Origin: a bacterium
Lineage (GTDB): Bacteria; Electryoneota; Electryoneia; Electryoneales; Electryoneaceae
Assembly (NCBI GenBank): GCA_963675295.2
Contig: CAXXKJ010000002.1
Location: 2,688,001-2,752,000, forward strand
Direction: 5' to 3'
DNA: 64,000 bases
The notes under the pieces are model-generated. The model had not been told where the DNA came from, did not search any database, and saw nothing but the letters and a program-made list of their open reading frames with translations. Numbering within the stretch: the first letter of the stretch is position 1; every line of letters starts with the position of its first letter. The position numbers were made by a program, and so were the translations under genes. This document shows positions 49,048 to 59,275 of the stretch, in pieces.

Positions 49048-49104
49048 GATTACTCCTTCACCTTAAAACATTGGCTGGATACCGCGTCTCAATTATTAAT
49101 CCGG

Positions 49105-50322
49105 TTATCTCTCCAGTTCGCCAGCGATCACGTTGATACTGGACATCGTCATGATCGCATCCGCGATCAGTCCGCCCTCGAGCAGTTCTTCAATCGACTG
49201 GTAGAAGTACAGGCAGGGGGACCGGAAATGCAGGCGGTACGGGTTCGGACCGCCGTCACTGACAGCGTAGAAGCCGAGTTCGCCGTTCGGCGATTCGACA
49301 GCGTGGTATACTTCACCCACCGGCGGATTGATGCCGTGCATGATGATCTTGAAGTGATAGATCATCGCTTCCATGTTGGAATAGACATCCTTCTTTTCCG
49401 GCAGGTAGATCTCGGGCACATCGGCGTGATACGGACCGTCGGGCAGGTTGTTCACCGCCTGTTCGATGATCTTGATGCTCTCCACCATCTCGTCCATGCA
49501 GACCATGTACCGGTCGTACACGTCGCCGGTGGTTCCCGTGATCACCTTAAAGTCGAAATCTTCGTAGCTGCTGTACGGTTCGTTTTTACGCAAATCGTAG
49601 TCAACGCCGGTCGCACGCAGGTTCGGGCCCGAATAACCATATTCCAGCGCACGTTCCTGTGAGATCGGGCTGACGTCGCGGGTACGTTCGATGAAGATGC
49701 GGTTACGAGTCAGCAGCGTGTGGAATTCCTTGATCACCTTCGGCAGCGGCTTCAGCCACTCACGGATGTCGTTGGCGAATTCCGGGTACAACGGCTTGTC
49801 CAACCCGCCGACACGGCCAAACGTGGTCGTCAGGCGAGCGCCGGTCATCCGTTCGATGATCTTGTACGCCCGTTCGCGCTGTTCCATGAAATACAGGAAG
49901 CCGGTGTACGCGCCGGCATCAACGCCAAGAATTCCGGTACGGATCAAGTGGTCGATGATACGATTCAGCTCGAGCATGATCACGCGAACGTACTGCACCA
50001 GCTTCGGAACTTCGATGCCGAGCAGTTTTTCCGCGGTCATCGTCCAGCCGATGTTGTTTGCCATCGACGAGACGTAGTTCATGCGGTCGGTGATCGTGAT
50101 CACCTGGTTGTAACTGTAATGTTCGCTGAGTTTCTCGAAGCTGCGGTGGCAGTAGCCGATGTGCGCTTCGCACTTGACGATGCGTTCACCGTCCAGCTTG
50201 ACGCGGTTTTCGAGAATACCGTGTGTTGCCGGGTGGGACGGCCCCAGGTTGAGGTCGTACAGCTCTTTTTCGTCGGGCTGCATGTGCTCAGCGATGGCGC
50301 GATCGATAACCTGTTTAAGCAT
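49105..50322 (-). CDS. nuoD: NADH-quinone oxidoreductase subunit D
   Basis: NLGPSHPATHG, IGYCHR..EK, DRMNY, RATGV.YDLRK, ESPNGELG, terminal GELER. Start MLKQ. Confidence 0.97.
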   Translation of the reverse strand: MLKQVIDRAIAEHMQPDEKELYDLNLGPSHPATHGILENRVKLDGERIVKCEAHIGYCHRSFEKLSEHYSYNQVITITDRMNYVSSMANNIGWTMTAEKLLGIEVPKLVQYVRVIMLELNRIIDHLIRTGILGVDAGAYTGFLYFMEQRERAYKIIERMTGARLTTTFGRVGGLDKPLYPEFANDIREWLKPLPKVIKEFHTLLTRNRIFIERTRDVSPISQERALEYGYSGPNLRATGVDYDLRKNEPYSSYEDFDFKVITGTTGDVYDRYMVCMDEMVESIKIIEQAVNNLPDGPYHADVPEIYLPEKKDVYSNMEAMIYHFKIIMHGINPPVGEVYHAVESPNGELGFYAVSDGGPNPYRLHFRSPCLYFYQSIEELLEGGLIADAIMTMSSINVIAGELER

Positions 50323-50950
50323 TACCGTTCTCCTTCCCGCGCAACGGCTCGCGCCTGATTTCCCACGGTGTCCGCGGCAGCATCTGGTCCGCCGGTTTCG
50401 GTTTCGTCTGCGGGGACGTAACCGCTTCACGCCGCTTGTTGCTGACGACGGTTCCGCGCGGGAACGTGCCGCGATGCTGTCCCTTCACCGGGAAATCCTT
50501 GCGCAGCGGATGGCCGACGAAATCGTCCGGGCTGAGCAGGCGCGTCATCCGTGGATGACCGGTGAAGTTGATGCCGTAGAAGTCCCAGATCTCGCGTTCC
50601 GTCCACGAGGCACCGGCGTATACGTCGGTCAAGGTCGGGATTGACGGTTCGTCGCCCGCGAGACGGGACTTATAGCGGAACTTGAGGTTGTGCTTGTGCG
50701 AACGCAGGTGGACGACGACCTCGAAGCGATAGTCTTCATGCTGCCTGAGGTAATCCACCGCGGTAATGTCGATGAAATGGTTGAACTGCCAGAACTCATC
50801 GTTGTACGCCCACTCCGCGACCTTGTGGTGCAGGTCAGCCGGAATGGTCAACACCACCATGCCGTAGTTCATCTCGAGCGAGATGGCCTTGTCGCCGGTG
50901 AGAGCCGCGAGATCCTCAATGAGCTTGGCGTTCAGCTCGTCACGTGTCAT
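50315..50950 (-). CDS. nuoC: NADH-quinone oxidoreductase subunit C
   Basis: [30 protein letters not shown]. Confidence 0.96.
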   Translation of the reverse strand: MTRDELNAKLIEDLAALTGDKAISLEMNYGMVVLTIPADLHHKVAEWAYNDEFWQFNHFIDITAVDYLRQHEDYRFEVVVHLRSHKHNLKFRYKSRLAGDEPSIPTLTDVYAGASWTEREIWDFYGINFTGHPRMTRLLSPDDFVGHPLRKDFPVKGQHRGTFPRGTVVSNKRREAVTSPQTKPKPADQMLPRTPWEIRREPLRGKENGNA

Positions 50951-51432
50951 CGCCGGTCGCCCTCCGTGATCCGTTCCTGCTGGATCTTCTCCTGCAGCTT
51001 GGTGTAGGCGAGCATCAACGTTTCGGGACGGGGCGGGCAGCCGGGGACGTACACATCCACCGGGAACAGCGTGTCGATACCCTGCACGACGCTGTAGGTG
51101 TCGAACATGCCGCCGCTGCTCGCGCAGGCGCCCATGCTGATGACGTATTTCGGCTCAGTCATCTGGTCGTAGATGCGCTTCAGCACCGGCGCCATCTTGA
51201 TACTGATGGTACCGATTACGATCATCAGGTCGGCCTGACGTGGGCTGAAGCTGGGACGCTCCCACCCGAACCGGCCCTGGTCGTAGCGTGATGCCATCGT
51301 CGCCATGTACTCAATGCCGCAGCACGCGGTGGCGTACGGCATCGGCCATGCGCTGTATTTACGTGACCAGCCGACGAACTCCGACAGTTTGGTCGTGATC
51401 GCCTCACCACCAGGCCATTGCGTCACTCCCAT
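50947..51432 (-). CDS. nuoB: NADH-quinone oxidoreductase subunit B
   Basis: [40 protein letters not shown]. Start MGVTQ. Confidence 0.97.
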   Translation of the reverse strand: MGVTQWPGGEAITTKLSEFVGWSRKYSAWPMPYATACCGIEYMATMASRYDQGRFGWERPSFSPRQADLMIVIGTISIKMAPVLKRIYDQMTEPKYVISMGACASSGGMFDTYSVVQGIDTLFPVDVYVPGCPPRPETLMLAYTKLQEKIQQERITEGDRR

Positions 51433-51782
51433 TCGAGCGCTCCTTTCTTCCACTCGTACAACAGTCCCGCGGTCAGGATCACGAGGAAGATCGTCATCGC
51501 AATAAATCCGCCCATGCCCAGTTCCTTGAAGTTGACCGCCCACGGGTACATGAAGACGACTTCAAGGTCAAACATGACGAACAGCACGGCGACGAGGTAA
51601 AACTTGACGGAGAAGCGCTGACGGCTGTCACCGACATAGTCCACGCCGCATTCGTACGTGTCCTGCTTGATCGGGGAATACTTCTTCGGGCCAAGGATGT
51701 GGGTGACGGCGAGTGCGAAATACGCAAAGCCGCCGATAATCGCGAACGTAATCAGTACCGGAATAAAATCCAGGGGCGTCAT
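51423..51782 (-). CDS. nuoA: NADH-quinone oxidoreductase subunit A
   Basis: [36 protein letters not shown]. Confidence 0.97.
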   Translation of the reverse strand: MTPLDFIPVLITFAIIGGFAYFALAVTHILGPKKYSPIKQDTYECGVDYVGDSRQRFSVKFYLVAVLFVMFDLEVVFMYPWAVNFKELGMGGFIAMTIFLVILTAGLLYEWKKGALEWE

Positions 51783-51833
51783 CCGACCTCACTTCCACGC
51801 GGGTTCGCGCCAGACTTGGTTTGACATCAGGAT

Positions 51834-51851
51834 TTGTGCCGTTTGTCACGA
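51834..51851. promoter_or_regulatory. Rex-like operator upstream of nuoA
   Basis: TTGTGCCGTTTGTCACGA (TTGTG-N8-CACGA); a second site with a perfect right half, TTTGCACTCTTTTCACAA, at about 51962-51979. Confidence 0.45.
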
Positions 51852-52095
51852 AGCCAAAGGTTCGTATACACTAACTCAAGCATCCACAAGGAGATGCCAA
51901 GACACGGGCGACAATATAGAGGCGCAACAACTCCCGGTCAACGCCCTATCTCGACGGGGTTTTGCACTCTTTTCACAAGAAAAGTTTGTACCAAAGTCGA
52001 ATTGGTTCAAGCCGAACCCGGAGACAAACCAGTGGGTTAGGTTCGGTGAATTCTCCGATGAATTGTTCAGCTCCGGTTCAGAGTAAGGGGAGACG

Positions 52096-52127
52096 AAAAG
52101 GGACGATCTCAACAAGAAATCGTCCCT
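52096..52127 (-). terminator. Intrinsic terminator after rnfB
   Basis: AGGGACGAT...ATCGTCCCT stem followed by a U-tract on the minus strand. Confidence 0.75.
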
Positions 52128-52150
52128 CGTATCGCAGTCGTACTCTCGAG

Positions 52151-53176
52151 TTACCCGACTTTGCGGATTCCAGTAATCTCTACCGGTGAAATCGCCTTCG
52201 TCGGACACACCGGCTCGCACAGCCCGCAGCTGATGCACAGCTCGGGGTCGATCACGTACTTGCCACCGTCGGTTTCGGTGATGCACTTCTTCACCGGGCA
52301 CACCTTCGCGCATTCGCCGGACCCGTTGCAGCGTGTCGGGTCGATGTGCCAGATCGGCCTATTCCCCGCCTTCTTGTCCACCAGCGAGTTGGTTGGGCAG
52401 ACATTCACCGCTGGCAGCGGCGTGTCCTTGATCGAATAGTCGAACACCGGCAAATTGCCCGTGTCGTCCATCTCGATCTGGCCGGACGGCGTCGTCTTCT
52501 TGTTCGCGCAACGACCGCAGCCGATGCAGCCGACTTCGCACACCGCGCTGACCGCCTTGGTCTTGTTCGGGTTCTTGCACGCGATGAACACCTCCGCGCT
52601 GCGCGGAATCAGGTCCATGATATCGCGCGGGCACGCTTCGACACACTTGCCGCAGCCGGTGCAGTTTTCGTCCAGGACCTTCGGCAGGCCGTCCGCGCCC
52701 ATCACCAGCGCATCAAACGGACACGCGGCAACGCAGTCGCCCGAGCCGAGGCAACCCCAGTCGCAGGCCTTGTGGCCGTGGCCGACCCGGTCTTCCGCCG
52801 TACAGGTCTGGTAGCCCTGGTACTCGAAACGGTCCGGACACTTGTCCGGTGAGCCCTGGCAACGCACGATCGCGACCTTCGCCTCCGCCGTCTCGACCGT
52901 CGCGCCCATGATCTCGGCGATTTTGGCCTGCACGTCCGAGCTGGCGACCGGGCAGGCTGTCGCTTCCAGCTTGCCGTCAACCACGGCGACCGCCATCTGA
53001 CGGCAGCCGGCGAGACCGCACGCGCCGCAGTTCGCGCCGGGCAGCTCCTCGTCGACCTCCTCGATGCGTGGGTCGACCTTGACGAAGAAGACGCGTGACG
53101 CGTACGCCAAACCACCACCGAGCAGCAGGCCGAGCCCGCCGACCGATGCGATAGCGCCTATGAGAGATGGATCCAT
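52151..53176 (-). CDS. rnfB: Rnf complex subunit B (polyferredoxin, long form)
   Basis: N-terminal TM, LPGANCGACGLAGC, CDWGCLGSGDCVAACPF, and several additional CxxCxxCxxxCP motifs. Confidence 0.95.
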   Translation of the reverse strand: MDPSLIGAIASVGGLGLLLGGGLAYASRVFFVKVDPRIEEVDEELPGANCGACGLAGCRQMAVAVVDGKLEATACPVASSDVQAKIAEIMGATVETAEAKVAIVRCQGSPDKCPDRFEYQGYQTCTAEDRVGHGHKACDWGCLGSGDCVAACPFDALVMGADGLPKVLDENCTGCGKCVEACPRDIMDLIPRSAEVFIACKNPNKTKAVSAVCEVGCIGCGRCANKKTTPSGQIEMDDTGNLPVFDYSIKDTPLPAVNVCPTNSLVDKKAGNRPIWHIDPTRCNGSGECAKVCPVKKCITETDGGKYVIDPELCISCGLCEPVCPTKAISPVEITGIRKVG

Positions 53177-53328
53177 GTTCTAAACCCAGTTATGAGCTAT
53201 GAACTTTGCTCTAAACAACTTTTGACAAAGATTAAAACATCTATGTCTAGCAATATTATATTCTATAATATGATATTTTATCTTATAAATTTAAAATACT
53301 TATATTTACTAATATAGTTGCGATAATA

Positions 53329-53862
53329 TTAATCCTTCATAATATACTTTTCAACGACAAATGATGCTGCATCTCCTATCATCGTATAAGGTAAAAAAGA
53401 ATATTTATCATATATATAATCTATAATATTATGATATTCCACTAACATATCTGACATTACATTTTTGTTCGGACCTAAAAGGGCCAATGCAAGCAAAAAT
53501 ACTATTTTTAGACAATTTATATATTCTTCATCCATATTAAAATCATCAGTATCGCATAATATAATCTCAAAATCTATATAAAACCCTTTTACATTGTTTA
53601 CTAATAATTTTGATGTCATAATAAGAGCTGTTGGTTCATTATTTTCCAATATTACAGGAGTATTTTCAATATCATGAGCGATAATGTTAGATATACTATT
53701 AGTATATTCCCTATCATTTTTAGTAAATATAACATAATCATATAAATAAATCGCGTGTAATATTTCTCTAAAAGTGTCCTTGTTTAATGTCGTGTAATTC
53801 TTATCCTTATGTTTTATAATTTCGATTATCGATAGCTCTTTTGTGTCTTCTTTACCATTCAT
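53329..53862 (-). CDS. Very AT-rich orphan protein inserted between rnfA and rnfB
   Basis: About 177 aa from MNGKED; I/N/K/Y-rich; base composition departs sharply from the flanks. Confidence 0.6.
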   Translation of the reverse strand: MNGKEDTKELSIIEIIKHKDKNYTTLNKDTFREILHAIYLYDYVIFTKNDREYTNSISNIIAHDIENTPVILENNEPTALIMTSKLLVNNVKGFYIDFEIILCDTDDFNMDEEYINCLKIVFLLALALLGPNKNVMSDMLVEYHNIIDYIYDKYSFLPYTMIGDAASFVVEKYIMKD

Positions 53863-54088
53863 TATCTTAGTCCTTTTCTTAACTCTACGTTTCAAAATCA
53901 TTTTACAGGTAGACCGATTTGGAATCACTATCCAAGTCGGTTTTCCACTACAAGCTCTTAACCTCCGGCGCTTCGTCGTACGAGATACCCTGTTTTCGTG
54001 GCAAATCGGGAACGCATTCTCCGATACGCCTTCGGCGTCTTTGACTTCAGTCGCATCCGTTGCGTCTTTTGATATCTGTTACAGGTGT

Positions 54089-54694
54089 TCACCCCACACT
54101 CAACCCACTGAACCCGAGGAACGCGATCGCCATCATGCCAGCCATGATGAAGGCGATCGGTACGCCTTGCAGCGGCTTGGGCACGTTGGCCAGGTCGAGA
54201 CGTTCACGGATACCGGCCATCAGCACCAGTGCGAGGGTGAAGCCGATACCGGCGGCGATACCGTTGACGACGGCTTCGAGCAGGTTGTAGCCTTCGTCAA
54301 TGTTGAGCACCGCGACGCCGAGCACCGCGCAGTTGGTGGTGATCAATGGCAGGAAGATACCGAGCGCCTGGTACAGTGCGGGCGCGGTCTTCTGGATCAC
54401 CATTTCGACGAACTGTACCAGCGACGCGATCACGAGAATGAACGAGATCGTGCGCAGGAAGGTGAGGTCGACACCCCACAGGTTGGTCGCCGGATCGAGC
54501 AGGTAGACGTAGACGATCCACGACACGAGGCTGGCGATGGTCATCACGAAGATCACCGCCATGCCCATCCCGATGGCGCTGGACAGGCTTTTCGATACGC
54601 CGATGTACGGGCAGATGCCGAGGAAGCGCATCAGCACGAAGTTGTTGATCAGGATCGACCCGACCGCGATGACAAACAGGTTGCCCCAATCCAT
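54089..54694 (-). CDS. rnfA: Rnf complex subunit A
   Basis: NNFVL.RFLGICP, LGIFLPLITTNCAVLG, AGIRERL. Confidence 0.96.
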   Translation of the reverse strand: MDWGNLFVIAVGSILINNFVLMRFLGICPYIGVSKSLSSAIGMGMAVIFVMTIASLVSWIVYVYLLDPATNLWGVDLTFLRTISFILVIASLVQFVEMVIQKTAPALYQALGIFLPLITTNCAVLGVAVLNIDEGYNLLEAVVNGIAAGIGFTLALVLMAGIRERLDLANVPKPLQGVPIAFIMAGMMAIAFLGFSGLSVG

Positions 54695-55362
54695 CAGTCA
54701 ATCCCTCCGGCTTGCACCGGCTTTTCGGTGACGAATCCTGCGCGTTTCACGACTTCGTCCTTCATCTTCTTCGCCTTGACCTCGTCCCGCCAGTTGAACA
54801 GCGCGAGCAGCAGGCCCATGGTGATGAATGCGCCCGGCGCGAGCATCATCAGCAGCACGGGTTCAAACCCACCCGGCGCGACCGGAATGCCGAACCAGGT
54901 GCCGTTGCCGAGGATCTCGCGGACGGTGGCGATCATCGTCAGGGCGAGGGTGAAGCCGACGCCCATCCCCCACGCGTCAATGATCGACGGCAGCACGGTC
55001 TGCTTGCTGGCGAAACCTTCCGCGCGGCCGAGGATGATGCAGTTCACCACGATCAGCGGCACGAAGATGCCGAGTGCGCGGAACAATGCCGGCGCGTACG
55101 CCGCCATCACCATTTCGACGATGGTGACGAAGGTCGCGATGATCACGATGTACACCGGGATGCGGATCTTCGCCGGGACGCCCTTGCGGACGAGACTGAC
55201 GATCAGGTTTGACATCGTCAGCACGAAGATCACGGACACGCCCATGCCGATGGCGTTGAACACCGACGAGCTCACCGCCAGCGCGGGACACAGGCCCAAC
55301 GCCAGCCGGAGCACCGGATTCTCCGCAATCAGCCCTTTTGAGAATTCCTTGCCGAGGTTCAT
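54694..55362 (-). CDS. rnfE: Rnf complex subunit E
   Basis: ENPV...LGLCPALAV, RIPVYIVIIA, PLIVVNCIILGRAE.FA, RE.LG.GT. Confidence 0.96.
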   Translation of the reverse strand: MNLGKEFSKGLIAENPVLRLALGLCPALAVSSSVFNAIGMGVSVIFVLTMSNLIVSLVRKGVPAKIRIPVYIVIIATFVTIVEMVMAAYAPALFRALGIFVPLIVVNCIILGRAEGFASKQTVLPSIIDAWGMGVGFTLALTMIATVREILGNGTWFGIPVAPGGFEPVLLMMLAPGAFITMGLLLALFNWRDEVKAKKMKDEVVKRAGFVTEKPVQAGGID

Positions 55363-55365
55363 GGT

Positions 55366-56064
55366 CTATTCCGCTTCTTCGTCTGAGTACTCGTCGACTT
55401 CCGACTCTTCGTCGTGGTACTCACGGTTCATGTCCACCGAATCGTCGAACTCTTCGCCGTTGCTGTCTTCCAACGACATGTCGTCACCGGCTGTCATACT
55501 GTCGCTGTCTGCCAAACGTTGCTGGATCTCAGCGGCGAGGTCGCGAACCGAGTTGGACAGCGCGCGGGAGGAAATTGTTGCGCCGGTGATGGCGTCAATG
55601 TCCCCACGATCCTGCACCACGGCCAGCGCGGACGCCAGCTTGCCCTTGAACTGACGCAGGAACCACGGATCGCTTTCGCCGGACTTGATCTCCTGCACCT
55701 TGGTGCCGAGGCCCGGTGTTTCCTGCTGGAACGTGACCTTCAGGCCGCTGACCTTAAAATCCTTGTCAAAGCCGGAGACGGTTTCAATCGTGCTCGAATA
55801 GCCCTTGCCGAGGGCGACGCCAGCGTACCCGATCAGGTTACCGTTCTCGTCGAACGCCTTCCAGTAGGTGAAGCTGTCCGCGCCGGAAACTTCCTCGAAA
55901 CGGATCGAATCGGCGAGCTCGGATACGACTTCCATGCGCGCCTGTTCCTGCTCGATGCGTTTGTTCTCGGCGATGATCGGGGCGGTGCTGGTGTTGAGCA
56001 ATGCCAACCCACCGGCCGCGACCGAGGCGATGAACATCAGGATGATGGCGAGTCGCAGAATCAT
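55366..56064 (-). CDS. rnfG: Rnf complex subunit G
   Basis: N-terminal TM, GKGYS, QETPGLG, FMN-attachment motif DAITGATISS; acidic tail. Confidence 0.95.
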   Translation of the reverse strand: MILRLAIILMFIASVAAGGLALLNTSTAPIIAENKRIEQEQARMEVVSELADSIRFEEVSGADSFTYWKAFDENGNLIGYAGVALGKGYSSTIETVSGFDKDFKVSGLKVTFQQETPGLGTKVQEIKSGESDPWFLRQFKGKLASALAVVQDRGDIDAITGATISSRALSNSVRDLAAEIQQRLADSDSMTAGDDMSLEDSNGEEFDDSVDMNREYHDEESEVDEYSDEEAE

Positions 56065-56068
56065 GGTC

Positions 56069-57928
56069 TTACCCCCTCGCCTCTGCTGTGGCGACTTTGA
56101 CATGGCCAAAGCGCCGTGGTTTCGTGTACCGGTCGATCAGCGGCGTCGTCAGGTTCATCAGCAGGATTGCGTAGCTGACACCCTCCGGGTAGCCGCCGAT
56201 GAGACGGATCATCAGGGTGATTAACCCGCATCCGATGCCGAAGATGAGCCGTCCTTTCTTCGTAATCGGCGTGGTCACCATGTCGGTGGCCATGTAGACG
56301 GCACCGAGGATCAGACCACCGGCGAAGATGTGGAACAGCATGTCGCCGGAGAAGAAGCCGTCCGCGCCGCCGAACAACCAGCCTCCGATACCGACGGTGG
56401 CGATGAACGCGAACGGGGTGCGCCAGTCGATATAGCCCTTGTACAGCAGGTAAACGCCACCGATCAACAGCAGGATGGCCGAGGTTTCACCGATACAGCC
56501 GCCGGTGACGCCGATGACCATGTCAAGAATCTTGTCACCGGTCGAGTGCAGCACTTCCATTGCACGTGTGACTACGTCGTTCGGCAACCCTTCCGGATTC
56601 ACTACGGTCGAAATGGCGCTCTTGCGGACTTCCAGCGGTGTGGCGTAGGAGATGCCGTCCACCTTGATCGCGGCCGGATTGACAGCCCAAGTGAAGAAGT
56701 TGTAGCCCTGCATCTTCCACCAGAAGGCGGGCAGCCAGTCCTTGGTCATGTGTAACGGCCAGGAGGCGAGCAGGAACGCACGACCGATCAATGCAGGGTT
56801 CATCGGATTCCAACCCAATCCGCCGAACGGCATCTTGGCGATTGCAATCGCGAAGAACGCGCCGATGACCGGGATCCACCACGGTACACCCGGCGGCAAG
56901 TTGAAGGAAACCAGCAGGCCGGTGAGGAACGCGGAACCGTCCGCAACGGTGCTCTTCATCTTGAACACCTTTTGCAGGCCCCACTCCGTCAACATGGCGG
57001 CAGATGCACCCAACGCGACCAACACCAGCGCCCGGAAACCGAACACCCAGGTCGCGCCGATGGTCGCCGGGACAAGTGTTGCGGTCACGGTCCACATGAT
57101 CCGCCGCACGCTCTCCTTGTCGTGAATGTGCGGGGAACTGCTGAGGATGAATTTACGGGACGGGACCGCTGCTGTGTCCTTCTCTTTCTTGGCGGGTTTG
57201 TCGTCCTTGGCAGCCTTGGCGGGCCGCTCTTTTCGTTCCGGACGTTCCTTCATCGCTGGCTTTTCGTCACCACCCTCGGCAGCCGCGGCTTTCGCAGCTT
57301 TGCGTTCCGCGCGACGCTTCTCTTTTTCTTCGTCCGTCTCGGCGGGTTTATCGCCACTACCGGATTCAGACGCGGCAGCAGCCTTGGCTGCTTCACGGGC
57401 AGCTTTACGTTCCGCTTTACGGCGTTCCTTGTCGTCGTCGGATTCGTCGGGCTTGTCATCCCCACCGGCTTCAGCGGCGGCAGCAGCCTTGGCCGCTTCG
57501 CGGGCAGCCTTGCGTTCCGCCTTGCGACGCGCTTTCTCGTCGTCTTCGTCCGATGTCGCATCGGTGTCTGCGGCAGGCTTGGCTTCTTCAGCCGTGTCCG
57601 CACCAGCTTCAGCAGCGGCTGCGGCTTTTGCAGCTTCACGTGCGGCCTTGCGCTCCGCCTTACGACGGGCCTTTTCCGCTTCCTCATCGGATGGAGCATC
57701 GTCGGCTGCGGCTGCGGCTACAGGTTCAGGTGCGGGATCGTCACCCTCTCCCTCTGCGGCTTCGGCAGCCGCTTTGGCCTTTGCGGCCTCACGTGCTGCT
57801 TTACGTTCCGCTTTCCGGCGTGCCTTCTCGTCGTCGGCATCTCCGCCCGATACTTCCGGCGCATCGCTTTCCGGACGTTCGTCCGGAGCGTCGTTCTGCT
57901 TTTCGTCGTCTGGCGCGAAAGGACTCAT
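56069..57928 (-). CDS. rnfD: Rnf complex subunit D with a ~260-aa N-terminal charged-repeat extension
   Basis: Canonical RnfD from SSSPHIH onward (DGSA..TG, FGGLG.N..NPALIGR, DGISYATPL, G.IGETS, MATD.VT.P), preceded by five KARRKAERKAAREAAKA-type repeats. Confidence 0.93.
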   Translation of the reverse strand: MSPFAPDDEKQNDAPDERPESDAPEVSGGDADDEKARRKAERKAAREAAKAKAAAEAAEGEGDDPAPEPVAAAAADDAPSDEEAEKARRKAERKAAREAAKAAAAAEAGADTAEEAKPAADTDATSDEDDEKARRKAERKAAREAAKAAAAAEAGGDDKPDESDDDKERRKAERKAAREAAKAAAASESGSGDKPAETDEEKEKRRAERKAAKAAAAEGGDEKPAMKERPERKERPAKAAKDDKPAKKEKDTAAVPSRKFILSSSPHIHDKESVRRIMWTVTATLVPATIGATWVFGFRALVLVALGASAAMLTEWGLQKVFKMKSTVADGSAFLTGLLVSFNLPPGVPWWIPVIGAFFAIAIAKMPFGGLGWNPMNPALIGRAFLLASWPLHMTKDWLPAFWWKMQGYNFFTWAVNPAAIKVDGISYATPLEVRKSAISTVVNPEGLPNDVVTRAMEVLHSTGDKILDMVIGVTGGCIGETSAILLLIGGVYLLYKGYIDWRTPFAFIATVGIGGWLFGGADGFFSGDMLFHIFAGGLILGAVYMATDMVTTPITKKGRLIFGIGCGLITLMIRLIGGYPEGVSYAILLMNLTTPLIDRYTKPRRFGHVKVATAEARG

Positions 57929-57931
57929 CGC

Positions 57932-59275
57932 TTACGCCGCCTTCTCTTTTTTCGTCGTGGCTTTCCGTTTCTCGGCCATCACGGCGGCCTTGCCGAAACG
58001 GATATGCTGGACCAGGTTGCGGTGCGCGGGACAGATGTAGGTGCAGGAACCGCACTCGATGCATTCGAGCACGCCCAATCCTTCCGCGTCTTCCAACCGT
58101 TCCAGTTCACTCAAACGGGCGATGTTCGTCGGAAGCAGGAACACAGGGCAAACCGACACGCAACGGCCGCAGCCGATGCACGGTTCCTCGTCCCCGATGG
58201 TCGCCTGTTCCTTGTTGAGCACGAGCACGCCTGACGTTCCCTTGATCACCGGGACTTCGTCCGTCCACAGCGCGTTGCCCATCATCGGGCCGCCCATGAT
58301 CAGCTTGGCGGCGTCGTCGGTGTAGCCACCGGCGGCTTCGATCAGGTGGGTCAACGGCGTGCCGATTTTCGCGAGCACGTTCGTCGGCTGCTTGACGCCG
58401 GAACCGGTAATGGTGACATACCGTTCGATCAACGGTTTCTGCCAGCGTACAGCTTCGTAAATCGCGACACAGGACCCGACGTTCTGCACGACGCAGCCAA
58501 CATCCATCGGCAACGCCGGCGGCGGCGGAACCTCACGGCCGGTCAGCGCGCTGATCAGCTGCTTTTCCGCGCCCTGCGGATACTTGACCGGCAGCATCTC
58601 GACCTGAATCGAGGAATCCAGCGACGCGGCCGCTTTCTTCAGACTTTCGAAGGCATCCGGCTTGTTGTCCTCGACCGCCAAGAACAGCTTTTTCGCGTTG
58701 ACCGTGTTTCGGACCAGCATTGCGCCGCGCACGATATCTTCCGCCCGTTCCAGCATCAGACGATGGTCGCTGGTCAGGTACGGTTCGCACTCGGCACCGT
58801 TGATGATCACGGTGTCGATCGGCTTGGCGTCCGGTGGGGACAGCTTGACATGCGTCGGGAACGCCGCGCCGCCCATCCCGGCGATACCGGCGTTCTTCAC
58901 GCGTTCACGAATCACTTCCGGAGTTGCGTCGGCCCAGTTCGGATCTTCCTCGCCCTTGCCGTCACCGCCGTCATCCTTCGTCTCGATCACGACGGTCATC
59001 ATTTCCTTGCCGACCGGATTCGCGTACGGGATAACATCCTTGACGACGCCACTGACAGGGGCGTGCGCTGGAATCGACACAAAGCCGCCGGGCTGCGTCA
59101 ACGGCTGGCCAACGGTGACCTCGTCCTTTTTCTTCACCACGGGCACGCCGGGCGCGCCGATATGCTGCTGAATCGGAACGTAGATCAGCTCGGGAACGGG
59201 TAGCGGGGTTGTCGCGACACCGGATGTGAGTTTGAACTCAGGAGGGTGGGTGCCGCCGCGGAAAGTTTTCTTCAC
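57932..59275 (-). CDS. rnfC: Rnf complex subunit C
   Basis: QHIGAP, AGMGGAAFPTHVK, NGAECEPYLTSD, KYPQGAEK, GGPMMG, CIGCGRCVSVCP, CIECGSCTYICP. Confidence 0.96.
   Translation of the reverse strand: MKKTFRGGTHPPEFKLTSGVATTPLPVPELIYVPIQQHIGAPGVPVVKKKDEVTVGQPLTQPGGFVSIPAHAPVSGVVKDVIPYANPVGKEMMTVVIETKDDGGDGKGEEDPNWADATPEVIRERVKNAGIAGMGGAAFPTHVKLSPPDAKPIDTVIINGAECEPYLTSDHRLMLERAEDIVRGAMLVRNTVNAKKLFLAVEDNKPDAFESLKKAAASLDSSIQVEMLPVKYPQGAEKQLISALTGREVPPPPALPMDVGCVVQNVGSCVAIYEAVRWQKPLIERYVTITGSGVKQPTNVLAKIGTPLTHLIEAAGGYTDDAAKLIMGGPMMGNALWTDEVPVIKGTSGVLVLNKEQATIGDEEPCIGCGRCVSVCPVFLLPTNIARLSELERLEDAEGLGVLECIECGSCTYICPAHRNLVQHIRFGKAAVMAEKRKATTKKEKAA

Noticed and set aside
53177-54088. Integron cassette or IS element as the source of the AT-rich insert
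   Set aside because: No clear attC core pair, terminal inverted repeats or transposase ORF is visible.
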